DNA of 64,000 bases from a virus (IMGVR_UViG_3300045131_002929:82618-146617), one strand, 5' to 3'; shown: positions 1 through 10,074, numbered from the stretch's first letter. Notes: generated by a model from the letters alone, not told the origin. Made by a program: numbers and translations.

Positions 1-1224
1 TGGTTCGACGACTCGCCGCTGTCCAGCGTGAACGCGGCGTTCGGCGGCGTCTGCCGCTTCTGGTGGTGCTGGATGTACGGCGTCTACTACGGCTTCGTGC
101 CTTTCGACGTAACTTGGCGGACGGGCGAGCCTTTCGAGCAGCGAGGCATGGGCGTCATCCCGATGAAAGGCAAGGACACGTACAATCCCGGCAGGAACGC
201 CGGGAAATGGTGCGACTGCGGCCTGGAGCTCTGGGAGTCGCCGGCCCCGAATCCGGACATATGGCGCGACGGACCGAGCAACTACCCGCGCGACAGGCTC
301 GTGGACTTCGAGGCCGAGGCGGCCGTGGAGTACGACGGCGGATCCCTATACGGGCCGCGCGTGACCGTAAGCAATGACAAAGTCGTGGAGTGGTGCCTGG
401 TGGACGGAGTGTGGCCGCCCGCGCGGCATATGATGGACGGCAGTTTGCGGTACGAGGCGGCATGCCCTGACCCTTATAAGAAGACAAGCGGCGGCACCGG
501 TTATTTCACCACGGGCTTCAACCTGCCCTTCGGCGGCGGGGCCATGTGCGAAGGCGCCAAGAACAGAAGCCTGAAATGTGAATACGATCAGTACGAAGAC
601 GGCGTGGCCGTGGTGCAAGTGCGGCTCAACTCCAGCATGCCCTGGCAGTATGAGCGCATCTTCTGCGTATCCTGCGTCGGCGACTTCTTCCTAGGCTCGA
701 CGCAAGGTTCCATCGGCTCAGTAGGGTGGGTGGCCGAAGGGCCCGGCGAGGTGTCGTGGACGGAGAAAGACAAGATGGGCCGCAAGACGATCAAGCTGTG
801 GAACGCCGGCGAGGCGGGCAGCGTGAGCACGTGGTGGCAGACTCTCGAGATCCGCTCGCTGGCTTCCGGCAGAGGGGCGGCCCGCGTGGAGATCTTCGAG
901 GATCGGACCGATGTGCGCACCGGATCCGAGGGGTCGACGGGCTTCGAGGACATAGAAAACAGCGTGACGGCCTATTCGACCATGGACGCGGTGGCCAGCG
1001 ACGCGTATGTGCCGCCTACGGCGCCTGGCGTGCCGCCTTACGCGGTCCACTCCACGCTCCAGGAAGCCGGATCGCTCACCATAGCAGGTTCGAAGGACCC
1101 CGTGGCGGCCTCGGCTTGGGCGACCGGCCGCAAAGGCGGGTCCAAGGGTCGTTGTTATTTCGCGTTCTCCAAGGTGGCGCTGCCGGCCATGGTCCGGGTA
1201 GCCACTTCTTTCACCTTCAAATAG
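1..1224 (+). CDS. hypothetical protein, 5'-truncated (possibly virion/tail-associated)
   Basis: Frame is open from base 1 to TAG at 1224; phage-typical codon usage; rich in Trp/Gly/Cys; no motif recognised. Confidence 0.6.
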   Translation, partial: WFDDSPLSSVNAAFGGVCRFWWCWMYGVYYGFVPFDVTWRTGEPFEQRGMGVIPMKGKDTYNPGRNAGKWCDCGLELWESPAPNPDIWRDGPSNYPRDRLVDFEAEAAVEYDGGSLYGPRVTVSNDKVVEWCLVDGVWPPARHMMDGSLRYEAACPDPYKKTSGGTGYFTTGFNLPFGGGAMCEGAKNRSLKCEYDQYEDGVAVVQVRLNSSMPWQYERIFCVSCVGDFFLGSTQGSIGSVGWVAEGPGEVSWTEKDKMGRKTIKLWNAGEAGSVSTWWQTLEIRSLASGRGAARVEIFEDRTDVRTGSEGSTGFEDIENSVTAYSTMDAVASDAYVPPTAPGVPPYAVHSTLQEAGSLTIAGSKDPVAASAWATGRKGGSKGRCYFAFSKVALPAMVRVATSFTFK

Positions 1225-1236
1225 AAAGGATCGGCC

Positions 1237-1995
1237 ATGTTCTCAATGGGCGAGTTGATTGCGTCGAGGCGGAGCGAGCTGCTGGCCGCCTACCCGGAGA
1301 TCGAGGAGCTGCTGGTGGGCCAGTCGCGCGGCGGATGCTTCAGCTGCTCGGCCCGAAAGGCGCTGAGCGCCGTCCGCGCGCTCGGTAAACGTGTGGACGG
1401 CCTCATACCAGACGAAGTTTTCAAATCCGTCACCGTCGGCGACCTGAAAACAGGCGGGCGGGGAGCCTTCATGGCCGGAAAACCGGAAGCCTACTCGCCT
1501 GACGCGTCGGATATGGACGACGAAGCGCGCGTGGGCTGCCTCGACTGCGTGCTCAAACACCTCGCGCGGGCGCTCGTACTGCTGGAGGAGAGCGAGCTTG
1601 GCTACCCGCAGCACCGCGACCTGGCCATAATCCAGGTGGAAAAAGCCTTGACCCACGCTCCAGATGACGCGGAACTGCGAAAAATAGCCGCCGCCATCAA
1701 CTCAGGAGGCCTTTTCGGCGCTTTCGCCAAGGCTGTAGGCCTGATAAAGACGAAATTGGACTCCGGCAAGGGCGGTAGGTGGCTTTGGATGGCAGTCGGC
1801 CACCTCGGCGAGGCCGAAGCGGAGGCTTTGCTCGACAATCAGATACTCGCGGAGGAGATCAGGCAGTTCAGAGTCGCGCTGATGGGCGGCGTGAAGCTCG
1901 ACATGAAGGCTTTAATGGACAAACTGGAGATGCTCAGACGCCGCCAGCGCGACCTGGAGGCCGCGAACATGCCTAAAAGCGAGTGGAATTCGTAA
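1237..1995 (+). CDS. hypothetical protein with CxxC motifs (GCFSC, GCLDC)
   Basis: SD-like GAAAGGA before ATG; N-terminus resembles the product of 2020..2238. Confidence 0.7.
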   Translation: MFSMGELIASRRSELLAAYPEIEELLVGQSRGGCFSCSARKALSAVRALGKRVDGLIPDEVFKSVTVGDLKTGGRGAFMAGKPEAYSPDASDMDDEARVGCLDCVLKHLARALVLLEESELGYPQHRDLAIIQVEKALTHAPDDAELRKIAAAINSGGLFGAFAKAVGLIKTKLDSGKGGRWLWMAVGHLGEAEAEALLDNQILAEEIRQFRVALMGGVKLDMKALMDKLEMLRRRQRDLEAANMPKSEWNS

Positions 1996-2019
1996 AAAAA
2001 TACCTGAAAGGCGGCCGCC

Positions 2020-2238
2020 ATGACTCCGGAACTGATAAAAACGAACAAAAAACTGATTCTGAGCGTGTTTCCGGAGGCGGCCGGGGCCTTCGAGGCCGCC
2101 TCAGGGTGCCGGAGCTGCGGTTCCGCCCGGGCTCTAGGCGCGCTATTTTCTATAATAGCCCGGCTCCCTAAGAAGGGGCGGGCCGTGGATAAGCTGGCCG
2201 GCATCATACCAGCGCTGGTTCTCCGGGACAATCCGTGA
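2020..2238 (+). CDS. small CxxC protein, paralog of the N-terminus of 1237..1995
   Basis: FPE...GCRSC.SARAL...IIP aligns with YPE...GCFSCSARKAL...LIP. Confidence 0.6.
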   Translation: MTPELIKTNKKLILSVFPEAAGAFEAASGCRSCGSARALGALFSIIARLPKKGRAVDKLAGIIPALVLRDNP

Positions 2239-2254
2239 CTCGAAAGGCATTCCG

Positions 2255-2605
2255 ATGGCTTACATAGAGCTAAAACACAGCCTACAGCTTGAAAACGGGC
2301 GCTGGAGGCTGAAAATGTGGACGGCGAAGGCCGTCGACATGTCCGAAAAGGTGTTCGTGTACCAAAAAATGCCTGATTTACCCTACCAGCAGCCCGATCT
2401 GGCCTATTTCGTGAACATAGCTTCGGCCGCGGACATGGCTGACTACCCGGAAGACGCGGCAGGGCCTGATTTTCCGTTTTTCAGGAAAAACGGAGCCGAT
2501 CTCAGCTTCGCGTCGCTGGTCATGGCGGAGCAGGCGGCTGAGTCGGCGGCCGGCGACGCCGGCGCCTTGGCCCGGACAGTGACTAAACTCGACGTCTATA
2601 TATAA
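2255..2605 (+). CDS. hypothetical protein
   Basis: ORF in operon context; paralogous to the next gene. Confidence 0.7.
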   Translation: MAYIELKHSLQLENGRWRLKMWTAKAVDMSEKVFVYQKMPDLPYQQPDLAYFVNIASAADMADYPEDAAGPDFPFFRKNGADLSFASLVMAEQAAESAAGDAGALARTVTKLDVYI

Positions 2606-2617
2606 CAGGGGGGCGCC

Positions 2618-2914
2618 ATGGCTTGGTCCATTGATACGAACACCTACGGCTCGGACGAGGAGCGCTCGCCTGGGTTCCGCCTCACTGTGCGGGTCACGGG
2701 CGGCTACCCTTTCGTGTACGACGGCGAAGACTTCCTGAACACGGCTTCCTGCGCCGACATGCTCGACATCCGCTCGGAGGCCGAGGCGGCGGCCGGGCCG
2801 CTCGTCAGGCGGGCGGCCATCGACCTGGTGTTCCGCTGCCCCGACGCCCTGGACGACATGCTGGCCGCGGTGGAGCGCGACCTGGCTATCCTCGAGAGCT
2901 TCGAAAACAGCTAA
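2618..2914 (+). CDS. hypothetical protein, paralog of 2255..2605
   Basis: FVY...FLNTASCADMLD...VRRAAIDLVF vs FVY...FVNIASAADMAD...FRKNGADLSF. Confidence 0.7.
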   Translation: MAWSIDTNTYGSDEERSPGFRLTVRVTGGYPFVYDGEDFLNTASCADMLDIRSEAEAAAGPLVRRAAIDLVFRCPDALDDMLAAVERDLAILESFENS

Positions 2915-2921
2915 AAGCTGG

Positions 2922-3458
2922 TCATTTGGCGGCGGCCTCGGCCCGCGCCATCTCCTCGTTCAAAGCGGGGTCCGCAGCGCGGGCCGCTTTGATCTCCGCC
3001 AGCATCTCGGCCTCGGCCTGAGCCAGCTGCTCCGGGCTCATGATGTTGTCGTTGAGGATCGGGTTCAGCCCTCTGTCCGACTGCGCCCTGGCCGCTAGGC
3101 AGGCCCTTGACAGCGCCGCCAGCATGTCGTGGTCGGCGGCGGCGCCGCCGGACCGTCTGCCCAGCTCCGTGATGGCCGCGATGCGTTTGGCGGCCTCCGT
3201 CGCCGAGAGCATTCTGAATTTATCCTCGCCGTCGGCCATGTCGACATACTCGGTGACCACGAACCCGCCCCGCGCGAACACGCGCTTTATGTGCACCTTC
3301 TGCTGGTTGTCGGGCGACGCGCGGATCACTCCGGCGAATGACGTCTCGGCCTCCTGGGGCAGGCTTCGATCCTTCAGGATGTTAAAAACCGAACTTGCGC
3401 CTTTCTTGTTTGCGCATGAAGCTTCTTTTCGTGTAGCCTTTACTTTCTGGACGGACAT
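2922..3458 (-). CDS. hypothetical protein
   Basis: Codon bias favours the minus strand; SD-like AAGGTGG upstream. Confidence 0.65.
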   Translation of the reverse strand: MSVQKVKATRKEASCANKKGASSVFNILKDRSLPQEAETSFAGVIRASPDNQQKVHIKRVFARGGFVVTEYVDMADGEDKFRMLSATEAAKRIAAITELGRRSGGAAADHDMLAALSRACLAARAQSDRGLNPILNDNIMSPEQLAQAEAEMLAEIKAARAADPALNEEMARAEAAAK

Positions 3459-4305
3459 TGCCAGCCACCTTACTTTTGGGGTTCTCTACTGCCACTACCT
3501 CGCCGGGGTGGAGATTCACCAAGCGCTCCGCGTCCACCTTGGACCACTCGTAGCCTTTGGATATGTTCAAAGCCCTATAATGGGCCGAAGCCTCGAGACC
3601 GTACGCTCCGGAGCATACCGGACTGGACGCGCATACGATTATCCTGCCTATCTTCGACTCCGACAGCGCCAGAAAAGGATTCGGCGTGTACCCCTTCCAG
3701 TTGGAGGGGATCACCATCGACAGCGCGCCGAGGCCCGCGTCGGCGGCCGCGGCCTGGACGGCTGCCGCCGCGTACGGCCTGTCGAACACGAAAAGATCGC
3801 CTATCTCCCTGTCGAAACCTGCGCATATGGAGGCCTTTATGAACGATCTCAGTATTTTTATGAACGTGAACGAGTCGTACAGGATCAGCCCGGAGGCCTG
3901 CATGGGCCGCAGCGACGCCGGGAACACAAGGAAGCTGCCTGCCGGCGACTTGGCTATCATGTCGCACGGGCAGGGCTGGCTCTGCGTCCGCTTCTCCCAC
4001 ACGTAGCTGTAGTCGGGCAGTCCGCGGATGAACTCCAGGGCCTCGCGCCTACTGGCCAGCCCGATGAAGTTCGAGCCTGCGGTCATCACCCGGGACGAGT
4101 AGCGCAGCTTGGCCAGCATGTACGCCGCGTGCGGCTCGTCGACGAGCTCCGCGAGATCATCGCGCCGGGCCTTGAACCAATTCCAGAAGCTGGCCGTGTA
4201 CGCGTCCTGCGAATGCAGACATTTGGGGCAGGCTATGTAGGGCGAAGGCTCACCGCACTTTGGACATAGACCGCCAACGGCTGTAGAGTATCTGAGACGC
4301 TCCAT
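3382..4305 (-). CDS. hypothetical protein with N-terminal Zn-ribbon (CPKC...CPKC)
   Basis: Start moved to the ATG at 4305 (MERLRY); the upstream part of the tracked ORF is the antisense of 4330..5556. Confidence 0.6.
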   Translation of the reverse strand: MERLRYSTAVGGLCPKCGEPSPYIACPKCLHSQDAYTASFWNWFKARRDDLAELVDEPHAAYMLAKLRYSSRVMTAGSNFIGLASRREALEFIRGLPDYSYVWEKRTQSQPCPCDMIAKSPAGSFLVFPASLRPMQASGLILYDSFTFIKILRSFIKASICAGFDREIGDLFVFDRPYAAAAVQAAAADAGLGALSMVIPSNWKGYTPNPFLALSESKIGRIIVCASSPVCSGAYGLEASAHYRALNISKGYEWSKVDAERLVNLHPGEVVAVENPKSKVAGNVRPESKGYTKRSFMRKQERRKFGF

Positions 4306-4329
4306 GTCAATCACCCGGAGGATTAAAAA

Positions 4330-5556
4330 ATGCGTGATCAATACGACGATGCGGATAGAGGCCAGCTTTTCAGACTGGGTAAAGTAATCAACATTCCCGA
4401 GTTTGTCAAGACCGCCAGCGTATCGGATCCTGAAGACTTGAAAGGCCTGGCCCCATCCTCGTTCGGCGATCCGGCGCGGCGCAAGTTCCCGCTGGGCAGC
4501 AGGCACGACGCCTGGCTGTCCAGACTGTACTTCGCCAAGAACGCCTCGATGTATAAGGACGCCGGCGAGCGGTCGGCGGTCCGGGCGCGCATAGAGCGCG
4601 CGGCCGGCGTTTGGGGACTGCCCGCCGAGTACGAGACGAACGGCGGGATGCCTAAAAAGGCCAGGCAGCGGTTCTCGATCCCTATCAAGGCCGCCGGCGG
4701 CTGCACCTTGGACTCGCTGGTGCTGGACTCGCCCCGCGATCTCGAGAAGGCCGCCATCCAGATCTTCGACAACAAAGGGCTGTTCACTTTCGACCAACGC
4801 AGCTCCGTGGCCCGCAAAATGTCGCAGCTGCCCATCTGCAAAGAGGCCGCGCTCAGGCCCGACGTCGCGGAATACATGGAAAAGGCCGCCGGATACGGAA
4901 TGGCCTCCAAGTCGGACCTGATGGCCGCCGTAAGCTCACGCGCGCTGCTCTACGACAAGATCGACCCGGCGGTGGCCGCCAGAGCCTCCACGCTGGCCGA
5001 CAAGCTCGCGGAGGCTTCGGACCTCATGCCCGCCGACCTTGGCAAGGTGGCGGCCGTCCTAGGGGCCTGCGACGAGGCCTGCGGACTGAACAGGCACTAC
5101 TCGCGCGGGCTGCAGACTCCGGAGGAGGCGGTCTTCAAATGGACATGCAAGACGGCTTCCGAAGCTTTGCGCGACGGCAAGGTGCGGCTCATGAACGGCC
5201 GCTCGGTGCCTATCGAGAAGCTCTCCGAGGAGGTGCTGGACCGCTATTTCAACGACGTCCAAGGCGAAATCCCGACGGGCAGCCATATGGACAAGCTGGC
5301 CATGGCGGCGAGCCTGCCGCGGCCGGACGCGGACGATCTGCTGAAGTACGCGGAGGTCGACGACCTGAACCAGGAGTCGGCGGACGGCGACCGCCCGCCC
5401 GTGGACAGGGACGCCACGGGCAGGGACGCCGCCCACAAGGCGGGCAAGGCGAAGCGGGACTACGAAGAGGGTCGCGACGAGCCTGCCGCGACGGACTGCA
5501 CCGGCAAGAAGGCCAGCCTGCTGGCCATGTTCGCGAAGGCCGTCACCGATGACTGA
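4330..5556 (+). CDS. hypothetical (probable virion/head-associated) protein with multiple K-x-A motifs
   Basis: SD GGAGG; motifs VKTAS, EKAA twice, CKEAA, CKTAS, GKKAS. Confidence 0.75.
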   Translation: MRDQYDDADRGQLFRLGKVINIPEFVKTASVSDPEDLKGLAPSSFGDPARRKFPLGSRHDAWLSRLYFAKNASMYKDAGERSAVRARIERAAGVWGLPAEYETNGGMPKKARQRFSIPIKAAGGCTLDSLVLDSPRDLEKAAIQIFDNKGLFTFDQRSSVARKMSQLPICKEAALRPDVAEYMEKAAGYGMASKSDLMAAVSSRALLYDKIDPAVAARASTLADKLAEASDLMPADLGKVAAVLGACDEACGLNRHYSRGLQTPEEAVFKWTCKTASEALRDGKVRLMNGRSVPIEKLSEEVLDRYFNDVQGEIPTGSHMDKLAMAASLPRPDADDLLKYAEVDDLNQESADGDRPPVDRDATGRDAAHKAGKAKRDYEEGRDEPAATDCTGKKASLLAMFAKAVTDD

Positions 5557-6181
5557 GAAATATAGAGACGCGGCTGAGGCTTTCGCTGATCCGGAGCTGT
5601 TCGGATCAGCGGCGCTCGTCCTCGCCTACGACATGCTCGGCGACTTCTTCGAATGGGAGCCTGAGACCATCGAGGCGGACCTCCGCGCCAACGGCGCGCG
5701 GCCGGGGCGCGGCTGCATGGACCGGCTTATGGCCGCTGCCACCGTGCGGTCGTCCGCCGCCTTCCACGAGAGTCTGGAGACCTTCATGGACGTCTGCCAC
5801 GCCTTGAACTTCGGCAGGGTGTCGGCTTCCGCGATGTCGAACGCGGACCTGGACGACGTGGCGTGGGGCTGCGTCGAGGCCCGCGTGATAGAAGGCACCG
5901 AGGCCTTCGACGCGAACGGGTTCGCGGACGACGTCAGACTGTACGCTGGGTTCCTGCTCGACAGGGCCGGCTTCGACAAGGCGCCGCGCATACTGGACTT
6001 CGCCGAGCTGCCGCAAGGCCGCGGGGCCGACCTGCCGCTGGACGGCACGCTGCTCGGCGTGTTCGCGTCGAACGTCGCGGAGATGACGGAGCAGCTGGAC
6101 GCCGGCGCGTCGGCCCGGCTGCAGAAGCTGTTCGAGCAGATGCGCCGGCTGCCTTTGCGCTCAGGCAAAGTGCCTAATTAA
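5549..6181 (+). CDS. hypothetical protein
   Basis: Start overlaps the upstream stop; converges on the terminase gene. Confidence 0.7.
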   Translation: MTEKYRDAAEAFADPELFGSAALVLAYDMLGDFFEWEPETIEADLRANGARPGRGCMDRLMAAATVRSSAAFHESLETFMDVCHALNFGRVSASAMSNADLDDVAWGCVEARVIEGTEAFDANGFADDVRLYAGFLLDRAGFDKAPRILDFAELPQGRGADLPLDGTLLGVFASNVAEMTEQLDAGASARLQKLFEQMRRLPLRSGKVPN

Positions 6182-8904
6182 GACCACTGGGCCTGCGCCG
6201 GATCCGTCAGATCCTCCACGTCCAGCGTGGGCGTCAAAGTGTCCACCAGGCTCGGGTACATGCCCCTTATGTGCCATATCGCCGAGCACGCGAAATTCAG
6301 AGCGTGGGCGAAATCGTCAGTGCAGCCGTCCTCCCTGACCATAAGCGTGTACGAGGACCCCCGCGGCGTCTCATGGGTCTCCTGCAGTATGGCCATGAGA
6401 TCCCTCAGAATGTCAGGGCATGTGTCGTACGCCGGCAGTAGGACCTTGCGCCGTTTGATCATCTCGAACAGGATCATCAGCGACCTGGTCTTGTCCATGT
6501 TGTAGCATGACCGGCCGCCCTGGCCTTTGTAGTAGGATATCACCTTGCGCGAGGAAGGCGAGAACACCAGCTGGAACGGGATGACCTGGCTTGCCGGGTA
6601 GCCGGACTGGATGAGGACCGCCTCGCGGATCATGCCCGCGCCGGAGAAGTCGTGGGCGATATAGGCCGCCTTGGACATCTGCGCCAGATCTATCACCCGC
6701 TGCGCCTCCTGCTCCGGCTTCATGCCCATAGGCAGCCGCTCCGAGTACATGCAGATCAAGTCGTCGTTCGGCGGCCTTATGCCGACCAGCGAGACGGCCG
6801 TCGTGGACTCACCCGAGGACCCGAACCCGCTCCAGTCGACACCCATGACGACCGGCCCCATGCACTTCAGATGATCGCCGAGCGCTGAAAGCGTGTTCGG
6901 CTTGCCGTGCGACGCGGCCCTTATGTCCTCTTCCGTGAAAGGCTTGGCGCCCTCGTCGCAAGGCTCGCCGAGGATCTCATTGTTGAACTTGGCCTTGCTG
7001 TAGGCGCGCGGGCCCTCCATCTTGCCGAGCAGATCCTTCCACTTCACCTTGCTCCAGCAGTGGATCGGATGCACCGCCTGCGGCACGTGGTACCCCTCGC
7101 AGACGCCGCGCAGCCGCGGCCGGGCGTGGACGAAGAAGCCCTTGCGGACGTCGAGGTCGGAGCCGCACTTCGCGCAGCAGCAGGTCTCCTTGCCTATCAT
7201 GCGCTCTAGGTCGTGCGCCAGGGAAGCCACGTTCTCCTTGCCGCAGCCGCAGGGGGTCACCCATTCCGCCATGGAGGAAGATTTGAAGAGTTTGGACAGC
7301 GTGTTGGAGTTGGTCAGCGGCGTGCCCGAGAACTGCAGGAAGCCGGCCGTGTCCTCCTGGGCCGACGTGCACTCCTCGATGACGGGCAGGAATTCCTCGT
7401 TGATGTCCTGGGCCTCGTCCACGGCCACCTTGGCCACCGCGAAGCCGCGGAGCCGATCGGGGTCGAGGAAGGCGTACGAGAAGTTCAGCGTGGAGCCGTT
7501 CGCCAGCACCTTCTCATAGATGGACTTCTCGCGGCCCTTGTCGACGAGGGCGCGGGCCGTGTCGGAGCTGGACAGCAGGACGTCCACGTATTTCGTGGAG
7601 AACCGCTTGGCCTGCTCGTAGCGGGGCTGCACGAAAAGAGTGTGGAAGTAAGGAGTGACCGCGCCTTGTATAACTCCTTGACTGGCGAGGCTTAGTGAGT
7701 TATGGCTGACTATTCCGTCTAGGATGAAATTATGATGAGTGTCGACTTCTATGTCCAGTGTAAGCGCTGCCGGTATTGGTTTTATGCTTACTATCTCGTC
7801 CCATCTCACGTCCCCGAACGCCGCGCCTCTTATCTTGCCGGCAGATTCCGGCAGCGGCGGGAATGGTTTGCCTGGTACCTGTAAATAGGATTTGAATAGC
7901 TCCAGCCCCCTTCGCGTCTCTACTCTAACGACGTAAGAATCTAAGCACCTTTTACCATTGCGCGATGTCTTCCGCCTGGTTATGGAGGAAGGTATTCCGA
8001 ATTTAATCAGTAAAGACCTCACGCCCATGGCAAGTTTTCTTGACGCGGAGCTGTAGGAGCACTCCACGGCGCCTCGCGGCGCGTGCGCGCCTATATGGCC
8101 ATCCGTCGCCCACAGCCTTGTGAGAAATAAAACGGTGTCCTCTCTGTTCAGATCAAACGCCCATTCAGGTATGAACTTGGTGTCGGAATAACAACCGAGC
8201 AGCCCGTCCGCCTTCAAGTACTCTACGAAAATAGAATGCCGAAAAAGCCTGACGTGCTTCGCCGTCGTGCCGTATTTGCCGGACACTTCCCCGGCATTCT
8301 CACCCACTAAATCTATAAACTCGTCGAGAGCCTCTCCCGGGCAGGCTGTGAAGACGACGCGGTCTCGATGCGCCATGGACCCGTCGCCTATCAAGTACGC
8401 GGTGACGGCGATTCTAGCCCTGGTCTCTACCCTGCTGGAGAAAGACCCGTGCCTCGCCAGCGACGCCAAACGACTGCCTACCTCCAACTTGGACGCCGCT
8501 TCATACCCGGAATACGTCAACAGCCTGTGGTTCGGCGTGACCGAGAAAGCGGACCCCATACGAGTCTCTATCCGGAGCAAAGGCTGCGTTCCGTTGTCGA
8601 AGATATTGAGTATCCTCTGGGAGTCGGCCTTGAATTCAGGGTCGACGCATGAGACCTCATCACCAACCTTCAGCTCGAACGCTTTTTTATACAAACCATT
8701 GGACAAACGTACTAACTCGTTGATTTCAAGACATTTCCCCATTTGACGTCCGCACATATAGATAAGACGTTTCGGCTGCTCCAATCTGAAGAAAGGCTCG
8801 AACATGAAATGCCGCTCGAGCGTGAGCGATTTGCCGTTCAGTTTGAATAGCCTTAGAAGCGGCACGAGATTGTCCAGTTTCACTTTCGGCTCTTCAGCCA
8901 TCAT
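6178..8904 (-). CDS. terL: terminase large subunit precursor (intein-containing)
   Basis: Walker A GRQMGK|S split by an intein, Walker B VAVDEAQD, coupling motif SGTP, nuclease residues MGVDW and DDFAHA; internal Cys clusters. Confidence 0.85.
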   Translation of the reverse strand: MMAEEPKVKLDNLVPLLRLFKLNGKSLTLERHFMFEPFFRLEQPKRLIYMCGRQMGKCLEINELVRLSNGLYKKAFELKVGDEVSCVDPEFKADSQRILNIFDNGTQPLLRIETRMGSAFSVTPNHRLLTYSGYEAASKLEVGSRLASLARHGSFSSRVETRARIAVTAYLIGDGSMAHRDRVVFTACPGEALDEFIDLVGENAGEVSGKYGTTAKHVRLFRHSIFVEYLKADGLLGCYSDTKFIPEWAFDLNREDTVLFLTRLWATDGHIGAHAPRGAVECSYSSASRKLAMGVRSLLIKFGIPSSITRRKTSRNGKRCLDSYVVRVETRRGLELFKSYLQVPGKPFPPLPESAGKIRGAAFGDVRWDEIVSIKPIPAALTLDIEVDTHHNFILDGIVSHNSLSLASQGVIQGAVTPYFHTLFVQPRYEQAKRFSTKYVDVLLSSSDTARALVDKGREKSIYEKVLANGSTLNFSYAFLDPDRLRGFAVAKVAVDEAQDINEEFLPVIEECTSAQEDTAGFLQFSGTPLTNSNTLSKLFKSSSMAEWVTPCGCGKENVASLAHDLERMIGKETCCCAKCGSDLDVRKGFFVHARPRLRGVCEGYHVPQAVHPIHCWSKVKWKDLLGKMEGPRAYSKAKFNNEILGEPCDEGAKPFTEEDIRAASHGKPNTLSALGDHLKCMGPVVMGVDWSGFGSSGESTTAVSLVGIRPPNDDLICMYSERLPMGMKPEQEAQRVIDLAQMSKAAYIAHDFSGAGMIREAVLIQSGYPASQVIPFQLVFSPSSRKVISYYKGQGGRSCYNMDKTRSLMILFEMIKRRKVLLPAYDTCPDILRDLMAILQETHETPRGSSYTLMVREDGCTDDFAHALNFACSAIWHIRGMYPSLVDTLTPTLDVEDLTDPAQAQWS
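7699..8733 (-). mobile_element. intein with LAGLIDADG homing endonuclease in the terminase Walker A (345 aa)
   Basis: Begins CLEINELV; block B SVTPNHRLL; EN motifs AYLIGDGS and LWATDGHI; ends HNFILDGIVSHN followed by Ser +1; lower GC than flanks. Confidence 0.93.
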
Positions 8905-9577
8905 AGCACCTATGTTTCAGGGCCGCGGCCCATGTTGGCGTAGGCGGGCGGCCCGCCGACGGTATGTCCGCGAGCGGCAGGCAGCTGGCCGCCCGCCACT
9001 CGGCCGGTCCGGAGAAAGGGCAGTGCGCGCAGAGCCGGTCCAGGCCCCAGACCGCCGTCGGCGGCTCCGCGCGGTAAAGGTCGGCCATGCCGAGCAGCCT
9101 GGCCTGCGGCACCGCGCCGCTGCACGGCAGCCACCCGCGCGGATCCAGCGAGAAGCCGCACCGGTAAGGCATCCTGCACGGGGTCGAGGCCAGCCCTAGG
9201 TCGGTAGGCGAGGCGAACACCGGCAGGTGGGCCTTGAGGCGCGGCGGCCGGCCCCCGAGCCGCACCGCCCGGCGCCAGCGGCCCGGGGGCGGCGGCAGGA
9301 CGCCGTTGGTGTCGACCTTCACAGAGCCGACCAGGCCGGCGTCGACGGCGGCCGCCAGCAACTCGGCTATCTCGGCGAAGGCCGGATGCAGCAGCGGCTC
9401 GCCGCCGGCCACCTTCACCCGCTCCGCCCTCGCGCCGGTAGCCGACAACTTATCGATAAATGACGCTATGGCCGCAGGGTCCACCAGTCCCGCGTCGGCG
9501 GGCCGGAGATGGCACAGCCGATTGCAGTCGGGGCAGGCCAGGTTGCAGGCCATGACGATGTTCAATTCCACACGCAC
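8894..9577 (-). CDS. radical SAM protein
   Basis: CNLACPDC (CxxxCxxC), AGGEPLLHP, DTNG, and extra C-terminal cysteines (SPASM/twitch-like); overlaps the terL start. Confidence 0.85.
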   Translation of the reverse strand: MRVELNIVMACNLACPDCNRLCHLRPADAGLVDPAAIASFIDKLSATGARAERVKVAGGEPLLHPAFAEIAELLAAAVDAGLVGSVKVDTNGVLPPPPGRWRRAVRLGGRPPRLKAHLPVFASPTDLGLASTPCRMPYRCGFSLDPRGWLPCSGAVPQARLLGMADLYRAEPPTAVWGLDRLCAHCPFSGPAEWRAASCLPLADIPSAGRPPTPTWAAALKHRCYDG

Positions 9578-9595
9578 TGCTACTTCCTACGGTAG

Positions 9596-9625
9596 GTTAA
9601 AAATAAGCCGGATCCAGTCATAATA
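9596..9625 (+). promoter_or_regulatory. candidate promoter NTYAAA-N17-CATAATA
   Basis: GTTAAA-N17-CATAATA; same architecture at 27614 and 47123. Confidence 0.45.
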
Positions 9626-9700
9626 TACCAGTCTGCGGACCTAACTATTTTTTTTAACTCCGAACTCTGGCCGGCCCAACAACACGAAAGGAGAGGCAGT

Positions 9701-9874
9701 ATGCGTAAAACGGCAAGAAAGGCACAGAGGGTGAGGGGGTTGGAGTTCGCGGACGGATCGAAAGGCCCGGCGCTGTCGACGCCAGGCTTGAAGACGGCCA
9801 GGCGACCGGACAGGAGCGAGGGTGTCAAACCGAACCCCGGCGACGCCGACAGAAGGCGCGGGTCCGGTGGCTGA
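9701..9874 (+). CDS. small basic hypothetical protein (57 aa)
   Basis: SD AAGGAG before ATG 9701; too short for the ORF track. Confidence 0.45.
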   Translation: MRKTARKAQRVRGLEFADGSKGPALSTPGLKTARRPDRSEGVKPNPGDADRRRGSGG

Positions 9875-9878
9875 CGCC

Positions 9879-10058
9879 ATGGACAGACTGCTGCGGATGC
9901 TCAACGACGCCGTCGAAGAGCATTCCGCGGACGAGCCCGACGAGCTGTCGGGGGAAGGGGATTTGGAGTCGGAGGAAGCCGGCGGCCAGCCCGTTACGGT
10001 CAATGAATTCCACAACCACGGGGTGGTCGTAATACAGAACAACCACTATTACCGCTAA
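9879..10058 (+). CDS. small acidic hypothetical protein
   Basis: Follows 9701..9874; start codon uncertain. Confidence 0.4.
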   Translation: MDRLLRMLNDAVEEHSADEPDELSGEGDLESEEAGGQPVTVNEFHNHGVVVIQNNHYYR

Positions 10059-10074
10059 AGTTGGCACGGGGTTT

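Noticed and set aside
3040-4269. 409-aa plus-strand ORF, and the many other long antisense or overlapping ORFs (e.g. 12366..13550, 21306..22655, 33380..34783, 49537..51150)
   Set aside because: Shadow frames of real genes in high-GC DNA, with no motifs or ribosome-binding sites
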